From positions 42,718,001 through 42,782,000 of the forward strand of contig NC_045702.1 of the NCBI RefSeq assembly GCF_009834535.1: DNA of 64,000 nt. The letters run 5' to 3'. The notes under the pieces are model-generated. The model made no database searches. It was not told where the DNA came from and was given only the letters and a program-made list of their open reading frames with translations. Position 1 is the first letter of the stretch, and each line of letters begins with the position of its first letter. Positions 24,965 to 37,568 of the stretch are shown one piece after another. The translations under genes and the position numbers were made by a program. The DNA comes from Camelus ferus (taxonomy: Eukaryota).

Positions 24965-25205
24965 AATTACTCAGAGACAGAAAGTAGACTGGCAGTTGCC
25001 AGGGGCTGGAGGTGGGGGGCAGCTGGAAGGGAGTTANNNNNNNNNNNNNNNNNNNNNNNNNNNNNNNNNNNNNNNNNNNNNNNNNNNNNNNNNNNNNNNN
25101 NNNNNNNNNNNNNNNNNNNNNNNNNNNNNNNNNNNNNNNNNNNNNNNNNNNNNNNNNNNNNNNNNNNNNNNNNTATGCTGTGTATTTTACCACAATTTTA
25201 AAAAT
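24965..25205 (+). mobile_element. L1M (L1MB/MC-like) 3' end containing a 137-N gap (25037-25173)
   Basis: cagagacagaaagtagactggcagttgccaggggctgg...[N]...tatgctgtgtattttaccacaattttaaaaa. Confidence 0.8.
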
Positions 25206-26618
25206 TGGAGGAAAATTTACTAAATTTAGCCACAAGTGTACCTCATTTCAGTGACCTGAATGAACATTTAATGGTCCTTCTTGTGACATGACACTGACTT
25301 GTTAACTATAATTTAAACATCCTGTCCCAGAAGCCTGGAAGAAATAGCAAGGAATAGGTAAATGTGAGGTGTTTTGAAATTTTGCAGTGACTCTTTAATG
25401 TACTGTCACTTACCTATATCTTTATAAAGCATGAGAAAGTGACAGAATGCACTGGACAGGGAAAGCGTCACCTCTGACCTTTTAACTGAATGAAGGAAGC
25501 TCTTCTTTATAAGCATCTACTCCAGCTTAAATGATTGTGTTTATGTAGCATTTGGGTTCCTTTTTCATTGACAGTTTCTTTCCAGTTATGCTGATTTTAT
25601 TATAGTTTGCTTCTTAACAACCCCTTTGACCATGTAGTCATGAAGTTGTCTTTGAATCTGCACTCCCTTTGCAGTAAAGAATTCACAAATCCAGGGGCTT
25701 CTGTGCATGGAAGGTCAACTACCTTGAAACCAGCCACAACAGAGTGGGTTATCCCTCTTGGGGTGGCAGCCAGCGATCCTGGGCAGGGAAAATGATGCAG
25801 ATGTAAAGTCAGGGACATAACAGGTGTCTTTAATGTGACGAGGGCTGAGGATTCGGTATTCCTCAAAAGGGAGGACACCTTGATGGTTTTAAGTGCATTT
25901 GGTAAAATTGTGGGTGGTGAGAGACCATTTTAGGGCAGCCATTAAGAGAAAAATGGATATGAAGTGAAAATAAAACAAAATGGAAAAATTCAAGCTCAGA
26001 GAGTCAGGTGGGGAAAATGAGGTCAGTACTTGATTTGCAGACCGAGGGCGTTCCTGTGTTGGGGTGGGGGCAGCCTAGAGTCACCACGCTGTGATGCAGG
26101 TCTGAGGACTGATGCTCTGACTGGGCAGTGACCGAAGATATGAAATAGTCCTACTAAGAGCAGCCCTGGCTGGGGTGGTGGGAAGTCGGAGACCGCGTCA
26201 CCAGCGAGGCTCTGGCAGTGCCAGCTCTGTGTGTGTAACCTTTCTAGGTATTGGTTGCTCATTTTAAAACTTCAAGGATTCAACAGATCCTCTCCAACTC
26301 AAATGCGTGAACTCTAGAAAACAGTAGTCTTGTGTTTGACTGTGAAAGAAAGACTGTGGGCTACATTTCCCCCTGCTCACACCTACAGATTGTGCTCATT
26401 ATAAAAGTCACATATCTCTGTGCTGGGGCAGAGCTAGAGTTTCTTTTTCCCTGAGGTTGGGAATGAAGAGGGGACAAGGTGAGAGAGGTTGTCTGTTTTT
26501 CCTAAATATAATTTTTTTCTATCATTCACACAATATAAAATCTCAGTTTTAGCTTAAAAAAAAATGTACCCAGAGAAAAGTCTGAAAGATAATGTACATG
26601 TGTATAAACTAGTTTTTA

Positions 26619-26887
26619 CAAACATATGGTTACCAAAGGGAAAAAGGAGTAGGGGAGGGATAAATTGGGAGTATAGGATAACAGATACACACCACTATAT
26701 ATAAAATAGATAAGCAACAAGGATTTACTGTACAACACAGGGAACAATATTCAGTATCTTGCAATAACCTATAATGGAAGATAGTATGAAAAAAATATAT
26801 ATATAACTGAATCACTATGCTGTACACCTGAAACTAACACAATATTTATTGTAAGTCACCTATCCTCTTCAATTTAAACAAATAAAA
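26619..26887 (+). mobile_element. Artiodactyl-type L1 3' end
   Basis: atggttaccaaaggg...gataaattgggag...atactatataaaatagataagcaacaagg-like block...ctgtacacctgaaactaacaca; partial TSD TAGTTTTTA (26610-26618 and 26888-26896). Confidence 0.9.
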
Positions 26888-28780
26888 TAGTTTTTAAAAA
26901 TTAAAATCGTAATACATGCACATGATAAAAAAAAATTTAACAGTAAGTTCATCCTCTTCTGGTCCCCTAACTAAATCTCAGCTTTTTGAAACAGCCATTG
27001 TTAAGTGTTTATTTCTAAAATGTTAACCATAAGTTTTTTGAGGAGTGGAAGGGGGCTGAATGATGGGTGATTTATATGGAATATTTTTGGTTTCTAATTT
27101 CTGCAATTATTTCTAGGCTTTTTTTTTTAAGTTTTATGCAGAAATTTGTATGCTTGGGTATATTTATTTCAGAGGTGAAGGAACGCCAATTTATACTAAA
27201 TACCTGACTTGAGAAGTTGTTTTGTGCTATTTAAGCACGGAGTTGCACAAAGTCATATCTGTAAGGAAATATGCCAACAGTTATTTTGAATGAACTTAAT
27301 TCTTCAGCTTGAACAGATTAAATTCTATAGGGGGCTCATGCCATTTCTTTAATTGCATTAATTGTTTATTGCATACTACCACGCATACAGTGCAGTTGGT
27401 CTGGGGGAAGTTGATTATAGCAGTTTGTTTCAAGTCAGTTTTACACCCTAGGCGGACAACATTATCACACTTTCTCACTGAAATGAAAGAGCCAGGCTTG
27501 TGCTCCGGGCAGTTACAACAGATGCGGGGTTAAGGTGCAAACTGTGTTTGAAGTGTACCCACCCTATTTGTAGTAGGATCCAGCTTATACAAACAATATG
27601 TATCCCTTCATGCATCTCCCTGGAAGTTCTTCATTTGGGCAGATTTTAGAATTGAAAACATGCTTAGTCCAAGTACTGTGTTTTCTCGTAGATTCAGATG
27701 GTGTTAAACCTGCAGGATCAGTAGCTTCTTCTTTAACATTTTCCATCTTCTGACAAGAAAAAAAGTCGAAATCAGGTCCTTTTTTATTGTTAGTCATTTT
27801 GTTCCATATTTTTGGAATAAGAAACACCAGGAACATATTAAGTATGGGATCCCTCAGGACACTGTGCCCTGTGAGCAGCTGGACCAGCCCCTCTCTCCTT
27901 CTGAACCGAGGCAGTCAGGATGCAAATCGAAAGCAGCTTCCTCTGCAAATTTGTGCTTTTTCTGGTTACAGATCTGCCCCTCCATGTTGCCTGTTTTTGT
28001 AAAACTAAGCATATTTTTGTCATCACCTCCAAACCCTTTAATCAGCTGTAAGTGCTGTCACTGGATGGGAAGTCCATCTGTGGGTCTGTATGTGGGTGGC
28101 AAATGGTCAGTGAAAGGTTCAGCAGAAATATTGGCAGGTTAGAAGTTGGGTGAAACATACTTTCATAGTGGGAAGAAACATTTGTGTATTGATATATTTA
28201 TTGAAAAATCAGAACCTTTCCAAATGGTCCCATGAGAAAGAAAAGTGAAAGTTTCATTGTGAACATTTATTTGGGAGGAGGATTAAAGATTTTTTTGAGG
28301 ACAGTTGAAGCGGGATTTTTTTGGAAGAATTTGAATTTAGCACTTAAATTGTAGCATCTTCCTGATGTTATGATTGACAGGGGTGTCTCAGCTAAAGGTA
28401 TTATATTTGTCCTGGTCTGTAAAAGCTGCAAAGAAATGCTATGAACTGAACTCTTCTCAAACATGTAGAGGGGCTTTCCTGCACCTTGTAAAACGCTCAG
28501 GATCTCTTTTGGTGCCATACCTTTCTTGTGCACTGACTCTCGGCTGAATCTATTTCGGAACCTTTTCTATCCCACCGCATTATCTGCTGACATCTCAGAT
28601 GCTTCACTACATACAGGGAGGCTGGCTTTTCATACGGTGGGAAAACCAACCCGATTCCCTATTAGGCAGCTGCATTCACCCTGGAGGAATACTCTGTTTA
28701 TCTTGCTTTTACCTGGCAACAAGTCCTGGTTAAGATGCCTGCTGGTCATGGCTCTATTCCCACAAAGATATTTGTAGCTT

Positions 28781-28906
28781 TAATTCCAGTCAATCAGATT
28801 TATTGAGTGTCTCCTGTGTGTGTGCAATATGCTAAATGCAGGGCATACAAAGATGAATAAAAACACCAAGGCTGTGCCCTCCAGGAGCTCCTGTTTTAAT
28901 AGGGGC
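28781..28906 (-). mobile_element. L2 3' end
   Basis: atttattgagtgtctcctgtgtg...ggcatacaaagatgaataaaa...gtgccctccaggagctc. Confidence 0.8.
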
Positions 28907-29639
28907 TTTTAGACGACCTTAATGCTTCAGGATGTAGTACGAAGTAAGTCTTTTACTTGGGAAATTTTAGGCTTTGTTGATGAACTTTGGGGAGGGAATC
29001 TGGTACTTTCCTGCAGCCTTCACACTCTGCTTCTGGCCCTCCATGCTGTTCAAATGCCAGAGACTCCTCTTAGCAGGTAGAAAAAAATGGGATAGGGGAA
29101 AAAAAGAGCTTGTTCCAAAGGGTAGGAGGGACTGGATGACTTGGGACCCCCTATTCACCCACCGCCACTCACAGCTTGCTGGCGGACTGGACATCGGGCA
29201 GAATCACACAGAACTGCAGTGACTGGATGGTGGAAAATTTTGCAAAAACATCTGTTCTATTTGGATGGTCCAAATATTTTCAAAAACATTTGCTTAGCCA
29301 AAGCTCGTATTTCATAAAACCTTTGCAAATATCTATGGGTTTTCTTCTTTTCCATGTGGGCATGGAAGCAAAGGAGAGGAAAAATGTGGCCACATGCATG
29401 TTTTCAACTTCTTATTTCCAAGCGTTTGGCTTTTTCAGGCATGAAAACCAATCGGATCACTCTGCTAAGGGAATCGGTGCCTCTGGACTATACTGTCTCT
29501 TTTTCGGGTGGATACACAAAGTCTTCAATAACGAAAAATCCCCCTCAACACAGTGTGGAGAGATTACAGTAATGATATCAAGCTGTAGTTTTAATTGCTG
29601 GAAAATAAACGAGGGAAAGAGTTCACAGCTGTTAGAGAG

Positions 29640-30250
29640 TGAGGATCAACCGAGGACAGAGCAGCAGAAAGGCTCCCCTTCCCGGGATTACTGCCAGGAG
29701 CCCCGCTCTCCACTTCTTCCGCAAAGTGGGCTTGGCCGCGCACAGGGAGGGAGAGGCACGGGGGGGGGGAAGGTGGCACAGGCGCGCCCGAAGGTGAGAA
29801 GCCTGGGTTCTGGCTTTCAGAGTAGGTATGCAGACAGGCTGGCCTGGCGGGGCTTCTTTGTGGACGAGTGTGAGTTTGTTAAAACTTGGTGGGGTGCGGT
29901 GGTGAGGTAACTCCTCCACTGTCAGCACTTTGCGTTCTGTGAGCTGAGTATCCGGCCACACCCCGTGCCTCTGAGAGGAAAAAAAGTGCCCAAACCTCAC
30001 GCTGAGGGCCTCTGCACATTAGTGAACCAGCTGGGTTGAAAATAAGTTCATTTTCTCCGTTTGTGTAGTTATGTACGAAATACGAAAACAATGACTGGGG
30101 AAAGGCCCGGGGATTTAAATTAAAACTTAATCATAAGAGCACGGAGCTTTGGTTCTCCGGATGGGTTTGAGTTTAGTCGTGATCCAGGCGCCCAGGACTC
30201 CGGCCCCGCCCGTGGCGTCAGCGTCAAAGGCTGCTGGGCCATCTGCAAGG
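29640..30250. promoter_or_regulatory. CpG-retaining GC-rich element (weak CpG island; putative alternative promoter or first exon)
   Basis: About 30 CpG counted by eye in 29641-30240, several-fold above the window background; GC box GCCCCGCCC at 30203-30211; tandem CGTCA half-CREs at 30216-30226; + strand splice donors at 29794, 29907 and 30250. Confidence 0.5.
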
Positions 30251-30749
30251 TGGGCAGAGCCATGTACTGGCTCCATAAGACCCAAGTCTGATGGGAGACC
30301 TTGAGGCACAGTTTTATTTCCTCCATAATTCCAGTATGGGCCTGGCAAGAAGCTTTGGGTATTTTGAATGTGACACAAACCCAGGAGATCGGTCCTCCCC
30401 TGCAGTACATCCCCTTTTAGGTGTGTGGCCCAGGCTTGCTCGGCAGCTCAGCTCACCTGCCTTTGTTTTTTGACACTCGTTAGCAGACAGGGGATGAGAA
30501 GACTGGGGAAGCTGAGACCTGTGTCCGTAAGGCCATCTTTGGTGAAGTGGGAAGGTGTAGGATCTGCCATTTTCCCCATCATCTGAAAATGGGGAAAAAT
30601 CCGCAGGACACAAATATCTCAATTATGTGCATTGCTCAGATCTCTGGATTAAAAAGTCATGGAGTCATGAAGCATGAGTCTCCCTGTGAAAACAACTGAG
30701 TGGTGAGAAATTTCAGTTTTCACTAAAACTGAAAAGATGAGACAGTGAG

Positions 30750-30920
30750 ATAAAGAGGAAAGGGTGCTGAGCCAGAAGCCCAAGCACCCGGGTTCTCTTC
30801 TCTGCTCTGCCACTAACTGTGACCCTGGTTAAGTCATGGGGGCTCTGCTCCCCACTCTGTCTGCCTTGTACCATAGGCAGGTTGGGTGATCTGTAAGAAC
30901 TCCCTGCTCTGAGAATCTGT
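30750..30920 (+). mobile_element. MIR3/L3-like fragment
   Basis: gggttctcttctctgctctgccactaactgtgaccctggttaagtca...gctctgagaatctgtga. Confidence 0.6.
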
Positions 30921-31739
30921 GAACTGAGGACCTGATTTCCAGAGCCCTTGGGAACTTCTTAGGAGTGGAACGGATCCCTGGTACTTTCCCAGTGGCAGCC
31001 TTGATTGCATTTTGTAGGATGTTCATTCAGTGCAGCTGCCATGATGTCAGGCAGCATTTGGAAACCCTACACAGGGATGACTCAGTTAAAGGCCTGAGCC
31101 ATCTGTCCTTGCTATCAGAGCCAGCTTTTCTGCAATTCTGAGGGGAAATACTGGTGACTGTTAATACCCCAAAACGCTTAGTATAATTTTAAACAAAGTT
31201 GTCAACAAATTGTTAATCAATGGCTCGAGTTTTCTTTTTCTCACCTTTTCCTTTTTGTTGTTGTTGGGTTTTTTTTTTAAAGACATTGCTTAGGCCTGTT
31301 ATTTCTCTGTGTTTCATATATGCAGAGGTATCTTGAAACTTGAAATGTAACCTCTGCATTTTTGTACTTAACATGCTCATGCAGCCCTGGTTAAAATATT
31401 AATTTTTCAGTAGAGTCAAATCTCATTAATGGCATTGCAGCAATTGGTCACTGAGAGCCTTGGCAAGCTCTACAGGGGAAGTTTGTCTTTATGCAATTTA
31501 GGAGCGATTGTATTAATTAGATGAGTAGTGTAATTAACATGACAAGGGGAATGTTTAACCTGAAGAAACCAATTTATTTTGCATGCATTAGGAACTTCTG
31601 GGTGTTCACTGATCAATTGGATGCCGATTAGAGACCCTTCTTGCATTTTTATAGAACATCTCATATTGTTCACGTCTTAGCCCAGTTTCTAGTACACTTG
31701 AATGTAATACAGATAATTTGTCTTAAAAAAAAAAAAAAA

Positions 31740-31891
31740 CACTCAGGAGCACTAGAGTGAGCTAGGGGAGAAGAGGGCACCACACTGAGACTGAGGCTGA
31801 AGCACTGACCTACGAGTGACTGTAAGCCTCTTGACCTGTCTGTAATGCTTGGAGATTGGATAAAGCACCTGTTGAAGGCTCCCTTCCAACC
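31740..31891 (+). mobile_element. MIR3-like fragment (target of the following L1)
   Basis: gtgactgtaagcctcttgacctgtctgtaat...gaaggctcccttccaacc. Confidence 0.45.
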
Positions 31892-31900
31892 TTTTTTTTT

Positions 31901-32371
31901 TTTTAAGTATTTTTAATTGAAGTATAGTTGATGTGCAATGTTAGTTTCAGGTGTACAGCAAAGCGATTCAGTTACACATGTACATACTTTTTTTCAGATT
32001 CTTTTCCATCATATGTTATTACAAGCAATTGCAGAGTTCCCTGTGCTATATACATCAGGTCCTTATTGCTTATCTATTTTATATATAGCAGTGTGTATCT
32101 GTTAATCCCATACTCTTAATATATCCCTCCCATGCCCTCTCCTCTTTGGTAACGATGGTTTGTTTTCTATGTCTGTGAGTTTGTTTTTGGTTTCTAAATA
32201 AAATTTGTATCATTTTTTTAAGATTCCACATATAAGTGATATCATATGATATTTGTCTTTTTCTGACTTACTTCACTTAATGTGATAATCTCTGGGTCCA
32301 TCCATGTTGCTGCTAATGTCATTATTTCATTCTTTTTTTTTTTTTTTAATGGCTGAGTGATATTATGTATA
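31901..32371 (-). mobile_element. Artiodactyl-type L1 3' end, 5'-truncated
   Basis: taattgaagtatagttgat...gtttcaggtgtacagcaaagcgattcag...gtccatccatgttgctgc; TSD TTCCAACC(T)n at 31884 and 32372. Confidence 0.92.
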
Positions 32372-34111
32372 TTCCAACCTTTTTTTTTGACACTGATTCA
32401 AACTGATTCCATATCATCATATTTTTCTAAGTGTCCAAAGTCCATCTTGCTCATCTTATTTTTTTCATCTTATTAGACTGGGCAGAAAACAAGAGAAAAT
32501 TTGCTCAAAACCTTCTCCATCACCTATCCCCCAGAGTTTCCCAGGGGCAGTAATCAGACTAGCTAATACCTGGTATGGAATGGGCAGCCCCTGATGAGGT
32601 GCTGACTGGAGTCTACGTATCAATGCCCCTTTAGTTGCTGGACTGTGGGAGACCTGAGGTAGCCCCAGGGAAAGGGCAGGAGCCACAAGGGATTCCTTTG
32701 GGGAAGCTTTCGACAGCTGAGGGAGTAGCAGCACAGCCAGCAGAATCAGCCCTGCTGCTGCCCAGGTCATGGTCCCCTGGAAGCCTCCCCGCAAACAACA
32801 CTGAACTCTCAGGGCAACATTTTCAGTGAGGATTGTATCTCTCCCAGTTCAGTTTCGTTTGAACCCAGCCTTTCCTACCTCCATCTGCTGTGGGCCTAGG
32901 AAGTGGCAAATTCTGCTTAGTTGATTGAAGTGGACAGAGACTCCAGCATTGTCCTCTTTGGTTGTCATCCAGGTGGTTTCATAGCCAACATGGGGGACAG
33001 AGAGCCTCATGTTTCAGAGTGCGGCAAGTGCAAAGGAGTTAACTGGCTGCAGGAGCATCGGTCTAGAATGGGGTCTGTCCTTGTGCCAAGATTCCGGAGG
33101 TACCCACTGGTTCTCTTGGCTCTGGATGAGTGGGGACATCTTTGGATGGATTTTGTAGGGTTTTTTGGGGAAAACCTTTCTTAAAAAGGCCATTCATCTC
33201 TTTAGGTCATAAAATAGAATCACAAACTGATTTTCCCAATTAGAGTCTTAAAACAAGAACAAAATCAGCGAGAGCAGCCATCCTCTGGGGAGTGTTGTTA
33301 TGTAGTAACGACCGAAGAGCACAGGTAGCTCTGTTCTGACACAGAGATCTTGCAGTTCTTCAGCGGAACATCGTTACAGGGGTTGATGTTTTCCATCGCT
33401 TGTTGGTGATGCTCTCCAACTCCCAGCCCTGACCCAGAATGTGTCAGAGCCTTTGCAGTGTTCTTTTAGAAAGTATCCAACAGTTTTTACCTCTGGCGAA
33501 ATTCTGTAGCCTTGCAGATTTATTTCTGTAATTGTTTGTTTTAGAATCTAGTGCTTCTAAGGTGTTAACACTTAGGTAATGTGTGAAGCAAAAGACTGAA
33601 TCTGCCTGGAGGTAATTTCCTCAGCATTTCTTAGCCCTTGTTTCTTGGAATAAAAACACAGAGATAGAAGAACTAGCAAGTTCTACGCTTATGTTAGCAG
33701 TCCTCCTGTGAACATTTAACTGTGCTCTTGGCAAGTTTGTAGTCCATCTGGTCCAGTATTTTTGTCACAAGTAAAAATTTGCTCGATGGAGCTCAACTTT
33801 CCTTTTTTTTTCTTCTTCTGTCTTTTGTGTCGGATCTAAAAAGTACATTATTTGGGAAAGGAAAAGAAAGAAAAATAGCCTCTGGCTGAATAGCTAACAC
33901 AAAAATAAAACATGTCATAGTTTTATTTTCTCTCCTTTTTCCCATTTAAAAAGAAGGACAGATATAGGACCCATATAACTTAACAATTTCCTAGGAGAGG
34001 AAAAAAAGTCATGAGATGATTTGGTGATTTTTTTTCCCCCTCAGCTTGTCACATTAAATTATTGTAATTTTACTAAGGTAGCTAACAAGATTTCAAGAAT
34101 TAAAACATCTT

Positions 34112-34331
34112 TGAGATTTGTGGATACTACTATATATAAAATAGGTAAGCTATTCAATAAGTTTCTACTGTATAGCACAGGGAACTATATTCAATATCTT
34201 ATAGTAACCTATAATAAAAAAATACGAAAGTGAATATATGTATGTATGTATATGTATGAGTGAACTGTTATACTGTACACCAGAAATTGACACAACATTG
34301 TAGACTGACTATACTTCAATAAAAAAAAAAA
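34112..34331 (+). mobile_element. Camelid-type L1 3' end
   Basis: ctactgtatagcacagggaactatattcaatatcttatagtaacc...ccagaaattgacacaacattgtagactgactatacttcaat plus polyA. Confidence 0.9.
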
Positions 34332-36929
34332 TGTTTGGTAAGTTTTCAAAGTAGTTGCAAAATTTCTAAGTCAGCTGGCACTGACTTAACGCGTGTTGAG
34401 ATAGGATAGTGACATTTACAGTTTGCCAGTTGGCCAAGAGGGTCTGTGAAACTGTGTAGTAAACAAAGCATGTTTCTTCCATTCCTTCGCTTCACCTCCA
34501 GAATGCTCTCTTGAGGCGCTTTCCCCCTTCCCTCAACCCACTCCCCTGCCCTGAGCTTTCACTCTGCTTATGTTTGTCAAGAACTCCAAACTAAGTGTTT
34601 CTGACCCAAGGCTGGTTCCCACCTGGCTCTCCTCCCCTCCATTTCAAAACTTACCTCTTTGGAGTCTTATTCCCAAAGGATTCCACGTCAGCACTTATCT
34701 GAGTGATTCTTTGGCCATTTTCACCAATGCTACAATTAATTTGCATTATTACCTTCCCTAGGCTGTGTGGCACTATGGAAGCCCAGTCATTTTCCTAAAA
34801 GACCTTAATCTACGTGTAATTCAGATACTTCCCTTGAATGAGTTTGGAGTAAAGATCTATAAATGCCCTTCCAGTCGTCAGATTCTTAGATATAACGCAG
34901 GATGCGGGAGAATGAATCTAATGGCATGATTCCAGACATCCTCTAGGCTGGTCAAGAAATGGTAAAGGCCTAGTGATCTCTGTTAGAGGCACGTATAGTG
35001 CCTCTATAATCGCACCCCGTTCATTCCACCTGTTCATAAGGCCAGGCACGGCGCAGTTTTTAAAGAAAAGGAAGAGACTTATCTGGTCTTCAATTTCATG
35101 ATCTGTTAAAGGAGCCCGAGTGAGGTGATAAGATCTCTTCCTGTGTTTCCCCACATTCACGATATTCTGTTTGGCAAACAAAGTCTGGGGAGCTCTGCCG
35201 AACCACTTGAGTGCTGGTGACAGTTTGTTTTCTCAACTGTCATTAGGTTAGCTTGAAAATTTACAGTTTCTTTTGCGACCCCTTTTTGGAATGCATTACT
35301 TTAGTTTTTCACTTTAGAAACTAGCTCCTTGCTGAGTGGTGATGAGAAGGATTGTGTCTCTTCTCATTCTTTTCTCGTTAATAATCAGTTTCCAGAAATG
35401 TTGCTTTCTGCTCACAGGATGGGATAAAAATTTAGAAAGCATTTGCTTATATAATATTTTTACATAGTTTCCTTTTAAATTTTATGTTGGTTTCTTGATG
35501 GCGGGTTAAAGTACGCTGAGGGTTGGAAATATATTTATATTTTTGTGGGAAATTAACTTACTTAAAATTAAAGCATGGAATTAAGTGAATACAGCCATGC
35601 AATATGGCCAGGTTTTTCTATCCAGTTCTTTTTTTTTTTTTTTTTTTGGTGCATATAAATTTTGCCTGCCTCAGTCATTTCTGTTTTTTTTTTAATGGTA
35701 GTTTACAAGATGCCTAATTTTTAAAAAATTCTTGGCAGTTTCCTATCACCATTAGACTGTGTGACCTTTTAGAATTATTTTGGGGGAGGAAGAATAGAAC
35801 ATTTCTTACAGTCCTGTTGAAGCTCTCTACGCACACATGAGATGCAGCTCATTACATTTGAAATTCCATTGTGATAAGTTTCAGATGGTGGCATTTCTTG
35901 AGGCCTCCCTCACATGTCAAAGAGACGCATATAGACGGGAAACTATTTACTCAGGGACTCTCAAATGTTACTGAAAATACGGTTGTAAAATGTCAAGTTA
36001 TTTGCATGCTGGTGAGTTGGATGTCCTAAAAATTTTTTGTAATCCCAGATATTTGCTTATTTCCTTTACCAAGGAATATGGGGAAACATTGCAAACGAAG
36101 CATACCTTATATTTTCCCCCCATTTTTGTATAGAAACTGCTATGTGGTGGGTAGTTTTATTTTTGTATTTAATTCTGCTTCTTCATTTAAAAACTCAAGT
36201 CCAAATGGGTGTGGTATGAAACATTTAAATTTTTCTTCTTGGAGATATGTGATTCTTTTTCCCCCTGAATATACAGTTATTTAGTAATACTTAAGGAATA
36301 TTTAGTAATGTTTATCAGTGATTACAAGGGTGATTGGGGGGGAACTTTTTATCTTTTGCTACTAAGTCTCTCTTTTTCCTCCTTTTTTCCATTTGGTTCT
36401 GGTCTTATTCTAGTAAAGAGAAGGGAGGGTGACTCATTTATCTTTTTATGCCATAGTACCTAGTCTAGGGTCGGTCTAGTACTGGGTCCTCAAAGAACAC
36501 TCAGTAAATGGACAAATAATCCATGTTTTTAAATGCACTTTGAGTAGTTTGGTTGCAAGTTGCTACTTTGGAAATAATTAGAATCTGCAAATTCCTGTCA
36601 AAATAATATGTTTTAGAATAAAGCATGATGAAATCTTATATTTATTATTTTGAAATTATGAACGAAAGACCATCCCCTCCTTGTGAAAAGAAGAAAAATA
36701 GGGTGTGAAGAGAGGATGAAATAATTAATTTGATGTTAAATCCTTGGGTAGGTGAGATGCTGAGCTTGGAATTCTTTTGTAAGAAAAAAAAAAAAAGAAT
36801 AAAATAAGCTTGGAAGGTATTCCCTGGCATCATTTTAGAATTTTCAAAACATGTGAGGAGCATGATTGGCCAATATTTCAGCTTCAATGTACGTTAAAAG
36901 ATCATTTTTTGAATCAGTAGAGTGAGGGG

Positions 36930-37568
36930 TGTATGATGAGGAAAGAGTTCATGGCTATATGAATTCAGAAATGCAGTCAACCACTGTACCAATCTGGATC
37001 AAACCGGATATCAAACCACACAATCATTCAAATAGGGAAGGTTTAAAATAAAGAATTCTTAAACTAAGAAAGTAACCGTAAGGATGCAAAGGGTCCTCTA
37101 GAGCTGAAGAAGAGTACCCCAGGAAGGACAGACTTGGAATCCCTTAGTCTGGGATTCAGATCTCGTTGGAGAGGGTGTGGGATGCAGGAAGTTTGCTGGG
37201 TTGCCTGGGCCACCACTGGCCCACAGTTGCTAGCAAGAAAAAATTGTCCTAGCACAGGCAAGCTGGGGTTGGTGGATGTAAGGACTGCAGCACACATGGT
37301 CTGTGCAAGAGGCTTGTGGGAGGTGTTTACTGGGCCCAGTGCAGTGCCCAGTGGTTTCTGAAGGACTGTATGCATGCAACACTGAGGGACCAAGAAGATG
37401 CAAAAACACAGTAAGCTGGAACCACTGCACTGTCCTTGCAGCGCCCTCTACTGACAAAGCCTAACATTGCACCCACTGTAAAGAAATGCTCAGTCTAGTT
37501 CATTATCACAGAGCAGCTGTTAAAGGGTGAATTGGGAGTTGAGCCTCAGTAAACGGATATCTGGCACA
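36930..37568 (-). mobile_element. ERVL-class solo LTR, LTR41-like
   Basis: On the minus strand it starts TGTGCCAG and ends CATACA; contains gctttgtcagtagagggcgctg and ctgtgataatgaactag, matching my recollection of the LTR41/41B 5' part; family name not database-verified. Confidence 0.6.
37441..37454 (-). promoter_or_regulatory. CTCF motif (reverse) within LTR, with candidate upstream ZF9-11 motif
   Basis: Reverse complement TCAGTAGAGGGCGC is 13/14; TGCAATGTT (reverse complement of 37463-37471) begins 17 nt before the core. Confidence 0.55.

Noticed and set aside
29176-29910. Longest ORF in the window (244 aa)
   Set aside because: TTG start, no recognisable domain and patchy composition; stop-poor frames are expected in GC-rich promoter-like DNA. 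Ribo-seq or PhyloCSF would be needed to revive it
34984-35006. Perfect 9-bp hairpin TAGAGGCAC-gtata-GTGCCTCTA
   Set aside because: About 2 such stems are expected by chance in 64 kb; too short for a pre-miRNA
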